This document shows, piece after piece, positions 17,834 through 29,500 of a DNA stretch of 64,000 nucleotides. The translations under genes were made by a program, and so were the position numbers. Every line of letters begins with the position of its first letter. Within the stretch, counting starts at the first letter, position 1. This stretch comes from Parcubacteria group bacterium Gr01-1014_8 (lineage in GTDB: Bacteria > Patescibacteriota > Minisyncoccia > Phycocordibacterales > UBA2100), in NCBI GenBank assembly GCA_007376385.1, contig VMGC01000001.1:320001-384000 (forward strand). Direction: 5' to 3'. The notes beneath the pieces are model-generated. The model had not been told where the DNA came from. It saw only the letters and a list, made by a program, of their open reading frames with translations, and searched no databases.

Positions 17834-18386
17834 CTTCTTATAGCTCGTTGACCGTCCGTGCTGTTGTTGCACCAATGTTTGTTTGTGTATGTATCTTCCC
17901 AACGCTGAATAAATGAATTGCCTTGATTCGTGCAACTAAGTTAGCGGCTTCTCGAACCTTGGCCGACATGAAAGACATAAGAGATAATGTGGGCCCACAC
18001 AATTCCATCACTTCACCACGCAGAAATATTCACTCTCCGTGTTTATATGTACTTATGGGGGTACATGTTGAATTGTTGGCCATGCACGAATACGGCAATA
18101 CACTTATAGCTCGCATAATTGCACTGGGGGCTTACTTAATAATATTCATGTGTAAGTCTCGTTTATCTCTGAGTTTTTCTGACGTGTTACTCGAAGCTTA
18201 AATGAATTCGGCAGGGACGTCTTTGATGCGTATTTATTCGGGCCTGGTCCATGTGCATATACGTTCTTGAAAGTCATGAAAAAGGCTGCAAAATTTACTG
18301 AAATCCTGTCATTTTGGTCGAAAATACAGCCATTTTTGACTTTTTTGACTAATTATTGCGACCCAAGGCGGGGGGAAACAGCGCTA

Positions 18387-18440
18387 ACATAGCAAGGTCG
18401 GCGGTTGTCCACGCAAGGTCGGACCTTGCTTATATCTGCG
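18387..18440 (+). repeat. REP-like hairpin repeats (caaggtcgg...ccttg) at 5' end of transposase-like gene
   Basis: acatagcaaggtcggcggttgtccacgcaaggtcggaccttgc shares the motif caaggtcggacc with the repeats flanking the second transposase-like gene at 32819-32861 and 33573-33693. Confidence 0.5.
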
Positions 18441-19130
18441 TATTATACTGATTTGGTGGCAAAACGACGAAAAGTCGCCTATATAGCACCCTTTGATAGT
18501 GATAAGTACTATCACGTGCATAACGACGGAATTGATAGGCGAATACTATTCAGCTCCAAGCAGGATTTTGACCGCTTTGAAGCATATTTGTATCTGCTGA
18601 ATTCCACTGAAAGCCCGCGTGCGGCTAATTTTTTTACAGGCAATCGCCAGAACGAAATATTTCAAACGGGGAGAGGCGATAAATTAATAGCACTCGGAGC
18701 TTATTCGATCACGCCGCATGAATTTCACTTGCTTGCTGTGCCTCTGGTCGATGGGGGGATGGGGAAATTCATGCAGAAGCTTCAGACTGGATACACGATG
18801 TACTTCAATAGCAAGTACCAGCGTATGGGACGCATATTCCAGTCCTCATATAAGGCGGAATCAGCTCGATCAGCCGAGCATCTAAAATATATGTTCTGTT
18901 ATATTCATTTAAATCCTGCGCAGATCTTTGACAAAGAATGGGATTCGACAAACGAGAGGAGCGGACTTGCAACACACATATTGAGGGCAATGAATTATCG
19001 CTACTCGAGCGCAAATGAATATACCTCTCAAAAATTTATCATCACGACGCCGCATGAATTTCCGCCCTACATCAGAAGGGTGAGAGATGCGCGCGCGTAC
19101 TTGAAACTTTGGTCAAAGTTTAAAGAATAG
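18405..19130 (+). CDS. IS200/IS605-family Y1 (HUH) transposase-like protein, RAYT-like; variant HUH motif (HEFH)
   Basis: YYHVHNDGIDRRILF is the N-terminal Y1_Tnp motif. ITPHEFHLLAV aligns to PNHFHLML of the paralog at 32875..33561. FMQKLQTGYTMYFN and FQSSYKA carry the catalytic-Tyr region. About 50% identity to the second copy. Confidence 0.7.
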   Translation: MSTQGRTLLISAYYTDLVAKRRKVAYIAPFDSDKYYHVHNDGIDRRILFSSKQDFDRFEAYLYLLNSTESPRAANFFTGNRQNEIFQTGRGDKLIALGAYSITPHEFHLLAVPLVDGGMGKFMQKLQTGYTMYFNSKYQRMGRIFQSSYKAESARSAEHLKYMFCYIHLNPAQIFDKEWDSTNERSGLATHILRAMNYRYSSANEYTSQKFIITTPHEFPPYIRRVRDARAYLKLWSKFKE

Positions 19131-19320
19131 ACGCACATGCTCATAAAATCTATGCCGGAGTGAATCTGGTACAGTAGCGTCTTGACGTATTTAGAAAGCG
19201 TTGTGTAAGACTCTGTAGGTAAAGCCGGTCGCCTTCACGGCAGTAGACTCTGAGGATATCTCCACAGAGTACGCCAGATATGGAAGACAGTAGCCGTCAG
19301 GGCTAGTATAATCTCGGCAT

Positions 19321-20274
19321 ATGGCTCATGAGATAGTTCTCGGCGATACGACATACATTTCTTCAAAGCGCGCAGCCGAGATTACTGGATATGCCCAAGA
19401 TTATATTGGCCAACTCGCGCGTGCGGGGAAGATAATTGCACGAAGAATTGGAGGCCTTTGGTATGTTCTCGAAGAGTCTTTAAACAACTATAAGGCTGTG
19501 GCAGAACTTTATGTAGCGACTCCACCTCGGATGGATGATTCATACGCTTCTGCCTCTAAGGTTGCTGACACCCTTATTTCATTTGATGGAAAAGAGTATG
19601 TTTCAGCATCAGAAGCGGCTAGGCAGACTGCATATCACCAAGACTATATCGGGCAGCTAGCACGTACCGGCAGGATTTTGTCTAAGCAAGTCGGAGCGCG
19701 TTGGTTCGTCGAATTAAAAGGTCTAAGGGCTCACAAAGCCGAAAAAGATGCTCTCTTGGCTGCGGTGCAGCGTGAATCAGTGGGCCTTGTCCGCCCTGCA
19801 AAGAGCGGTCCCGATGCCGACAACTACAAGGTGCATTTCACATATACAGCTGATGAGAGGGAACTCCTGCCGTCTCTCCTTCGCAAAGATGCCTCAGGCA
19901 GCAATATTCAGCAGGATGCGGCCGAGTTAGAGCACGTAATACCGATTCGTATTGTGCGTGTTCCTCAAAATCCGGCAACAAGCAGCTATTCAGCTCGATC
20001 TGCTACTCGCTCCGTGCGGTTGCGAGTAAGAAAACCCTTATATTATGGTAGCTTATCCGCCGTGCTGGTGACTGTAGTGATTGTCATCGCATTTCATATA
20101 AATATACTAAACGCTGTCCCGATATTCGCGAATACCAACAAGTCGGGCGTTTTAAAAAACACGGCTCTTGCGGGAATAATTATGAACGTCGCAGCGGACT
20201 TTGCGGATCTCGCTCATGAATTGTTAGGGAATAAAGTCATTTACAATCGAGGTTCATACAAGCCCGATTTCTAG
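19321..20274 (+). CDS. Tail-anchored membrane protein with two tandem HTH_17/excisionase(MerR)-like motifs
   Basis: YISSKRAAEITGYAQDYIGQLARAGKIIARRIGGLWYV and YVSASEAARQTAYHQDYIGQLARTGRILSKQVGARWFV are two copies of the same motif. A single TM helix LYYGSLSAVLVTVVIVIAFHINIL sits near the C-terminus, preceded by RLRVRKP (positive-inside). The same motif is at the N-terminus of the downstream 4051-aa protein. Confidence 0.55.
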   Translation: MAHEIVLGDTTYISSKRAAEITGYAQDYIGQLARAGKIIARRIGGLWYVLEESLNNYKAVAELYVATPPRMDDSYASASKVADTLISFDGKEYVSASEAARQTAYHQDYIGQLARTGRILSKQVGARWFVELKGLRAHKAEKDALLAAVQRESVGLVRPAKSGPDADNYKVHFTYTADERELLPSLLRKDASGSNIQQDAAELEHVIPIRIVRVPQNPATSSYSARSATRSVRLRVRKPLYYGSLSAVLVTVVIVIAFHINILNAVPIFANTNKSGVLKNTALAGIIMNVAADFADLAHELLGNKVIYNRGSYKPDF

Positions 20275-20315
20275 ATTACTGAGCCATAACCAGCGCAAAT
20301 TCCCCAAAATAGGCT

Positions 20316-20339
20316 GTGAACACGGATTATCTCGGATGT
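20316..20339. promoter_or_regulatory. Perfect 24-bp palindrome (attatctcgga tg tccgagataat) between HTH-TM gene and giant gene
   Basis: Read directly: 11-bp arms with a 2-bp spacer, 40 nt after the upstream stop, with no T-tract. It therefore looks more like an operator than an intrinsic terminator. Confidence 0.35.
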
Positions 20340-20597
20340 CCGAGATAATCGCGACATTTAAGATATTGGTTATACGATGAGTCTAAAGCAATTGAATTCA
20401 TCTAAAAATACGAATTTCTGCAGCAATTAAGTGCATAAAATGCGATGTAAAGCCATGAGAGTTAGCGCAAATACAGCCGTCGCATAAGTTCGGATCACCA
20501 AAATCGTTCGATTTTATCCCCATGGATAGTGGATATGGGTGTCTGGGTGCCCGACATCGCTATTAAAATCTAGATAAGTCGTGCGGGATGATACTCC

Positions 20598-23500
20598 ATG
20601 TCTGATGAAATCTTTTTTGATGGTGTTCGATATATTTCGGCGCAGGAAGCTGCGACGTCGTTAGGTTTTTCGCGAGATTACATTGCGAGGCTTGCTCGAA
20701 TAGGCAAAGTCAAAGGCCGACAAATAGGAAAGAATTGGTACGTCGAATTTCGCTCAGTTCAAACGTTTGTCCTTGAGCAGGAGTACTTGCAGGGAAAGCG
20801 TAGAAAGGAGCTTGCGGAGAAGCGAGTCTTCGAATACCGCAAGCAGGTTGGCAGTACGGACGAGAGATCGAGCGATATTGTTGCCCCAGTTATTTTTGCC
20901 GATGCTGTATCAGTTTCTGCAAAGCAAAACAAGAGACATGCGGCTATTAAGGCGATGCTCGCGCGTGCAATGTCTCGCCGCGCCGACTTGAAGGTTCTGG
21001 CGCATGCGAACCGCGTTCATACGCCCTCGTTTTTTTCTGTGACGCCTGCCGTTGAGTTTCTGCACAAACTCACTGCTCTCATTACAGCGTTTGTACTGAC
21101 TTTTGGCGCGTATGCTTTTGTTAATGCGGACTACGCTCATTTTGCACTCGATTCTATACGCTCTGCTTCACGGAGTGTTGTTGCTGTCCCGAAATTGGTC
21201 TGGGGAGGTGATGCAGCACGTTGGGGTTCAGATACAGGTGCGCAACTCGCAGCTGTTGCATTGCAGACAGCTCAGTCGGCAAACCAAGCTGAATCATCCA
21301 TTACTTCATTCATGTCATCTGCCGCAAGAAATTTCAACCTTCACGTTAATGACTTATTGTACGGAGTTATTTATCCGAACATTCCTGGCATGGGTTCTTT
21401 CGCGTTCTCATCTGCGCGTGGCCGCGTCGATATTCAAATTGTTCCGTATCGCAGCGATGCGCCTGCAGCAAGATCGGCACCTGCTCCCTTGATCCGAACA
21501 GCAGTGTCAGCTCCAACAACTGTCATCAATCAACCGATAGTGGAACGCATCAGAGAGACGAAGAGCGTTGTCACGCTCGGCGGGATCAGTGAAGAGCTCC
21601 TAGCATCCAAGTTGCTTGAGCTCGACACCAAACTTTCTTCTCGCATGTTGTCGCTCACCTCTTCTAACGCAACGAGCATTACCCAGGTATATAACACCGT
21701 CGGCCAAATGGGTCGTATTGAACATTTAGATGATCTTGATCTTACAAACCCAACGATTACGAGAGGCACGTTGACGAACGTGAGGATCTCATCTCTTTCA
21801 GCCCCTCTCACAATCTCTGACGGCGGCACTGGAACCTCTAGCGCTCCTACGTATGGAAAAGTTCTCTTAGGAAATTCGAGCGGTGCGTATGATCTCGTCG
21901 CGACCTCATCGCTGGGTGTCGGCGGAACACCCGGCGGCTCGAGCACGCAGGTGCAATTTAACGATAGCGGTGCTTTCGGTGCGGATTCCACATTTACTTT
22001 CAACAGCACCAGCAATCTTCTTTCTTTCTCGAGCGCGTCATCTTCGTTGCAGTCTATTTTTGATCGCCTGTATGTCGGCGGAACGGCGACGACGACCATC
22101 TTCGGCTCCGCGACTTCCACCTTCGGGGCTGGTATCGAGACAACTGCCTTGAACGTTACTTCGAATAGCGCGAGCAGCACATTCGCAAACGGTATCTCGC
22201 TCTCTGCCGGGTGTTTCCGCGACGCGAGCGGGGCATGTCTGCAGAGCGCGACATTTGCGTATCTCTTCCCATCGGACGCAACCACAACCAAACTCACGTT
22301 CTCTGGCGGTTTGATCTCGCTCGCTTCAACGACGATCGGCAATGGCACACAAGCGGGAGGACTCACGATCTCCGGCGGCGCGACGACGACAGGGAATCTC
22401 TTGGTGCAGGGCAATGCGACGACGACAAACTTGGCAGTGTCTGGCACCGCATCGTCATCTGCCCTCGTCGCATCAAATTCATTTACGTTCTCGAATATAA
22501 CAGGCTTCCTCAAGGCGACCGCCGGCGTTGTCGCAACGGCCGCCATCAATCTCGCCTCCGACATCACCGGCATTCTTCCTGCTGGAAATGGCGGCACGGG
22601 ATGGGGCAATATCGCAGCGAACACGATCGTGCTTGGGAACGGCACGGGAGCTATCGCAACGACGAGCGCCGGCACCAACGGCCAGATGCTCGCGCTTGTT
22701 TCGGGAGTGCCGACGTGGACCGCGACGACCACATTCTCAGCCCCACTTGTATTTTTCGCAGGCAATGTCTCGATCGCAGCCTCGAATGGCAGCACAGACG
22801 GCTATCTCACTTCCGCTGACTGGACGCTCTTCAACAACAAAGTCTCTTCTTCTTCGCTCTCGACATTCACGGCAGCCTTCAAAGACTGGAACATTACGAC
22901 AAACACATTCGGCCAGTCCTCTCTCGCTCCAACAACAACGCAAAACATCGCAGTCACAGGCGTCGGCACATCCACATTCGCCGGAGGATTAGAAGCGTGG
23001 AGACAAATAGGCGCTCCATACTTCAACGCTACAAGTTCATCCGCAACGTCAACCTTCGCTGGTGGATTAAATGTGCTCGCCATTAACCAAACTGGTTCTG
23101 CGACATCGACGTTTGCGAATGGTTTGCAGCTTTCGAATGGTTGTATCCGATTACCCTCAGGGAGCTGCTTGGCATCTGTCGCAAATTCTTCGATTGATGA
23201 TCTTAGCGACGTCACTATCACCGCCGCCGCATACGGCGACCTTTTGATGCACAACGGGACTGCATGGGTTGATACTGCCACTAGTTCGCTTGGAATATTC
23301 ATTTCAGACACCGTTGGGACACTTGCCGTGGGGAGAGGAGGCACGGGGCTATCATCGACACCAACGTACGGCCAACTGCTCGTCGGAAATGCTTCGAGCG
23401 GCTACACGCTTTCCGCGACATCAACGCTCGGCATCGCGCTCTCTGACACCATAGGAACGCTGGCGGCGACACGGGGTGGTACAGGACTCTCATCCATCAC

Positions 23501-26500
23501 CAACAACCAACTTCTTCTTGGCGGCGCAGGAAACACGGTCACACAGATCGCCACTTCTTCGCTAAACCTTCTCACGACCGACATAATCGAAGGTTCAAGG
23601 CTTTTCTATACGGACAACCGTGTAGACACATACATACATGGGTCAACCACAATTCCAAAGACATACACAGCAAACACGTTCACGGGGGCGAACACATTCA
23701 ACAGTACTTTTACTCTCGGCACGCTCAATGGTCCCTTGCACGCAAACGCCGGCGTCGTCGGTGCGACGACATCTGTTCTCGCGATCTACGGCGGAACCGG
23801 GCAGACCTCGTATTCAACGGGTGACATTCTCTACGCATCCGGCGCAGCCGCACTCTCGAAACTCGGGATCGGCGGTGCGGGAGAGGTTCTAAAAATATCG
23901 GGAGGTGTCCCGACGTGGGGAACTGATTTGACTTCCGGAGGTGGCGCGGATGGCACATGGTCGACGACTACCTCACAAGTCTCTGGCACGTTGATCAATT
24001 ACCCTAACAATGCATCCGACATCGTTGCCATCGGCTCCACGGCGACGACATCTGCGGAGTACTGGTTTGACCCGAATACGACGATTGCCTATCTTTCAGG
24101 AAAAGTTGGCATCAGCACCACCTCCCCCTACTCAAAGTTAACGTTGTGGGGGAGCGCCTCACTATTTGAGGCAGTGAACACATCTTCGACAACGATCTTT
24201 TCAATAGGCCAATCAGGCGCGACAACAACGAATCTCGGAATTTCGGGAATAGCAAGTTCCCTGCTCAAAACAACATCTACCGGAGGAGTGGTTGCTGCGA
24301 TACCCGACACCGATTACCTCAATACCGCAAGTTCGATCGAATTACTTGGCGACGTCGCCGCGATGACGGAGAATTACGGCGATCTCTTGTATTGGAATGG
24401 CTCCGCGTGGGCTGATCTTGCGACGTCATCGCTTGGGATTGCGATCAGTGACACCACGGGAACACTTGCAGTTGCACGAGGCGGCACTGGTCAAACCACA
24501 TTCTCCTCCTCGCAACTTCTCTACGGAAACGGAACCAACGCGCTTTCGTCTGTCGCAACCTCCTCACTCTCCGCAGGAACCGGTGTCACGTTCTCTGGAA
24601 CTGCCGGCTCTCTCGTTGGAGGCACTGCACTCACCATCAATACACCGTGGACCATCTCCGGAAACAACATCTACAACAACAACATTGCAAATGCCGCCAT
24701 CGGCACATCAACTCCCTACGCCACCACCACGATCTGGGGTAACACTGCTTCAAAGATATTTGAAGTCGTTGCAAACGCTTCATCCACCGTATTCTCTGTT
24801 GCACAAAGTGGAGCTACTACAACCAACCTCGGCATTACTGGCGTCACCAATTCGCTCTTGAAGACCACATCAACCGGTGGAGTCGTTGCAGCGGTCGCAG
24901 GCACGGATTACGCGACACTGTCACAAACATTTGGAAAAGCGTGGGAGATCGACGGTAACGGCTTTACCGGATTCCTTGCACCGACAACAACGCAGAAAGT
25001 GTGGATCGGGCAGGCGTCGTCGACGCTTCTATCGGTGAATGGCCCTGCATACTTTGGCTCAACCGCAACCTCCTCATTCTCAACCGCCGGCGTCCTCACG
25101 CTTGCCACCGATCTCGCAGTCACCGAAGGAGGCACCGGAGCTTCCACGCTCACCGGCCTTCTCCAAGGAAACGGCACGTCGGCGTTCACCGCCATCACTG
25201 ATTCATCCACGGTGGGACAGATACTCCGTGTGACTGGTGCATCAACATACGCCTGGGGAGCACTGAACCTTGCAGACACTGACGCCATCACCGGAACGCT
25301 TCCCATCTCCAACGGAGGCACCAACAACACCACCTACTCCACCAACGCGCTCCTCTACTTTGACGGAACATCCATCACTGCTACTTCCACCAGACCCCTC
25401 TACGTCGGCGCTATCAATGCCACCACAACAGCCACCTCCACTTTTGCAGGAGGCATCTCTGTTCTCAACTTCGCACAGACAGGAACAGCAACAAGCACGC
25501 TCGCAAACGGGCTCACCTTAACCGGTGGCTGTGTCATGGTGAACGGAAACTGCATCTCACCCGTTGGGAACTCCTCCATCGAAGATTTGAACGACGTTGC
25601 TGCGATGACGGAGAACTATGGAGACCTTCTTGGATGGAACGGCAGCACGTGGACTGACTTTGCCACCACCTCACTCTTCACCGGTTCCAACGGGCAGATG
25701 CTTGCATACGCGAATGGCGGGTGGACGGGAGTTGCAACAACAACAGCCGGCACTGGTCTCACATACACCGGCTCTGCGTTCAATGTTGACCTTGGTACCT
25801 CTATTAGCGCAGCTGAGATCGCAGACGGCGATCACGGCGACTTCACATACACCAGCGGTGTTGCAGCCATCGATGCAAACGCCGTCACCCTCGGCACCGA
25901 CACAACAGGGAACTACGTTGCAACACTCGCAGATTCAGGCGGAGGAACACTCACCATCTCCAACTCAGGCAGCGAGACAGCGGCAGTGACAGCCTCCCTC
26001 AACCTTGGCAACGCCAACATCTGGACTGGCAAGCAGAACTTCTTTGGTTCTGCATCGTCGACGCTGTTCTCAGCGAACTGGCTCAAAGTCGGTCAAACAG
26101 CATCAACCACATTCGATTCCGCTGGCAACGCAACCATCGGCGGCACCTTGAACGTCACCGGTCAAACTACACTTGCCACTTCACTCACTGGATTACTCAA
26201 AGCAACCGCAGGAGTTGTCTCCTCTGCAACAGAAGGCACTGACTACCTCTCCAATGCACTCCGCGATTGGTCAGTACAAGGCAACGGATACCTTGCACCA
26301 ACGACAACGAGAGGAATCATCGTTGTTGCATCATCCACCATCGGCGCGGGAGGACAAGCGACGGGGCTCACCATTTCAGGAGGCGCGACGACGACGGGGA
26401 ATGCGTATTTTGCAGGGAATGTGGGTGTTGGGACAGCTGCACCAAGTCAAAAATTGCAAGTTGTTAACGGCGCTATTGATATCAACACCGACGACCAGTT

Positions 26501-29500
26501 CTTGTACTTCGGTAGCGGGGACGCCGGCATCAGGGAAAGCGGTGCCAATTTGAAATTTGAGACGTATACGGGCGCTGCACTCACCGAAAAAATGAGAATT
26601 ACTGGCGCAGGCAACGTCGGCATCGGGACCACCACTCCCGCAACCCTCCTCTCCATCGCCGGCACGAGCGGCCTCTTTGCCTCCACGACCGCCACCTCCA
26701 CCTTCCAAGGCGGCGGGATTAACTTGCTCACGGCGGCGGGGAATACGGGATGCTTTGCGGTGAATGGGACGTGTCTTTCCAATACCGCTTCCGGCATCGT
26801 CGGAAGCGGCACCACCGGACAATTTCCGTACTATGCCGCCAACGGCACGACTTTGACGGCGACCTCGACACTTTTCGTCTCGACCGCGAGCAATGTTGGG
26901 ATCGGTGCCACCTCTCCCGCAGCAAAGTTAGACGTCGAAGGTTCCGGTGCGGTCTTGACCGACATCATGGTAGGCAACTCACAGGCCAATGCAAACTTCG
27001 GTATTTCCGCGGCAGGAGTTCCCCACCTTTGGACGAACAATGCCTCGTGGCCGCTTGTGCTCGGTGTCGGTGGCGCAGAGAAAATGAGAGTGCACACGGA
27101 TGGAAACGTAGGGATCGGAGCAGGTGCAACGGGTCCCGGGGCACTCCTCACGGTTGACTCTGGTGCAGCGTCTCTCACGGACATCTTGGTCGGCAACTCG
27201 CAAGCGAACGCGAATTTCGGAATCTCCGCAGCGGGCGTAGCCCATCTGTGGTCAAATAATTCAAGTTGGCCTCTTGCGTTCGGCATTGGAGCCGCGGAAA
27301 ATATGCGAATCCACACGAACGGCAACGTGGGGCTCGGGAACACCTCCCCCTCCTACAAACTCGACGTCGCAGGGTTCATCAACACCGACCAATTCTCCGG
27401 CTACAAGCAGAACGGCACGACCATTCTCTATTCATCTTCGACGCTTGCCACGATGTTCGGCGGCTACCAGGCCGGCAATGGTCAAGTGCAATCAGGAACC
27501 GGACTCTACAATACCGCGTTTGGCTATCAGGCGCTCTTGAGCGCCACGTCGTCTAGCAGAAGCACAGCGGTCGGCTTTTCAGCGCTCGCAAGTCAGGCGA
27601 ATGCCAATGGCAACGATGCGCGTAATACCGCAGTTGGTTCCCAAGCGCTCGGCGGCACAACGTACGGTTACTACAACACAGCTGTCGGCTCTGATGCTCT
27701 CGCTGCCAACACGACCGGATACTTCAACAGCGCATTTGGCCAGGGCGCGCTCACTGGCAATACGACCGGCCGCGATAACATTGCAATTGGCTACAATTCC
27801 GTGAGTCAAAGTACAGCCGCCCTCGAAAATATAGGTATCGGCAACTCCTCGCTTTCAGGAGCGTCGCTCACGGGGGCAGACAACATCGCTATCGGTCGGC
27901 AGGCTGGGAGCGCCATGTCGAGCGGGAGTTACAACATACTGATTGGCCAATATCTCTACAACAGCGGCACCGTCTTTACTGGCTCAAACAACATCATCAT
28001 CGGGCGCGACATCGGCTCGACCGCATCTCCCTTGGTTTCGACGACAACAAGCAACGCGCTCAACATCGGCAACTTGATTTTCGCGACCAGTCTCGGCACG
28101 GCGGACACTCTTTCGACGGGTAATGTGGGTATTGGAACAGCGGCACCGAATTATCAACTTTCAAACAACTCCGCGAGTAATAACCTGGATTCGGGTTCCA
28201 CGGGGCTCTCGACCGCAAGTAGTTTCAACTGGGCGAACAACGGCTCCGGCTACGGTGCAGGATTGTATAACGCAAGCGCCAATTCGGATGCAAACGGGCT
28301 GTTGGTAAAAATTCGCGGTACGGCCTCTACCAACAAAATTCTCTCGCTCGACACGGGCACGACGCAAGCCGGCGCGGGAACAAATGTGCTGACGGTATTA
28401 GGAAGCGGCAACGTCGGCATTGGGACGACGAGTCCGCGCAGCGCCCTCTATTTCCAGGCGAACAGTAGCGATCCATCGTTAACATCATGGACAGGCATAG
28501 GGACGATGCGCGCTAGTACTGGTGTAGAACTTGCGATGGGTGCAGACGATACGACACCTTTCGGCGCGTGGCTGCAAACGAAAGACAGCACAAATGGCGG
28601 TACATCCTATCCACTGCTCCTCAATCCTCTCGGCGGCAACGTTGGCATCGGGACGACTACGCCTCAAACGGCGTTGCATGTAAACGGTATTCTCGCGGCA
28701 ACGCCAAGCTACGGCTTTTACTGGTACAACGGGGCAACATTCAAAGGCGCACTCAAGCATAACTCATCCAACGATAACCTTGAGATATACACCGCCTCTG
28801 ATGGCAGCACGCCGCGGCTCACAGTCCAAAGTTCTTCCGGCAACGTCGGTATCGGGACGACCAGTCCCGTGTCGATACTTGCTGTTGCTGGTGCCAATCC
28901 TGTACTTACCCTCAATCAAACGAGTAGCGGTAATGTTTCTGGCTTAAAGATAACGAATGGAGTAAATACGCTAGGCACATTTACAGTAGCAATAGATACA
29001 GGCGAGGTCAGGATAGGTGGTACGTCTAGCGGCGGTTATTATGATACTTTCTACGCCGATGGTTCGGAAAGGATGAGGATTACAGCAGCAGGCAACGTCG
29101 GCATCGGGACGACGACGCCGCAGTGGCTTTTGAATCCGACTTCGGCAAGCGCATCACAACTTGCCCTTTCGGCGGGGGCGGGCATCGCGCAATGGACGTT
29201 TAGGAATGCAGGCGGGAATTTGTATCTCTCAACAACTACCGTTGCAGGAACCGCAACGACATCGATAAGCGCGCTTGAGATTGCGGGCGGAGGATTAGGA
29301 ACGACAACCGTGAGAGGGCTAAACATCAGCGCTGGCGCAACATCAACGTCTAATGTGGGCTTCTCACTCACGAGCGGATGCTTTGCAACGCCCGCGGGCT
29401 GTATCTCGGGCGTTGGCGATTCTTCCATCGAAGCATTGAACGACGTTGCTGCGATGACGAAAAACTTCGGTGACTTACTGTATTGGAATGGCACAACATG

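Noticed and set aside
17923-18201. 92-aa ORF in the gatB-transposase intergenic region
   Set aside because: No recognisable motif, odd composition, and it lies in a region that carries REP-like repeats. Probably non-coding.
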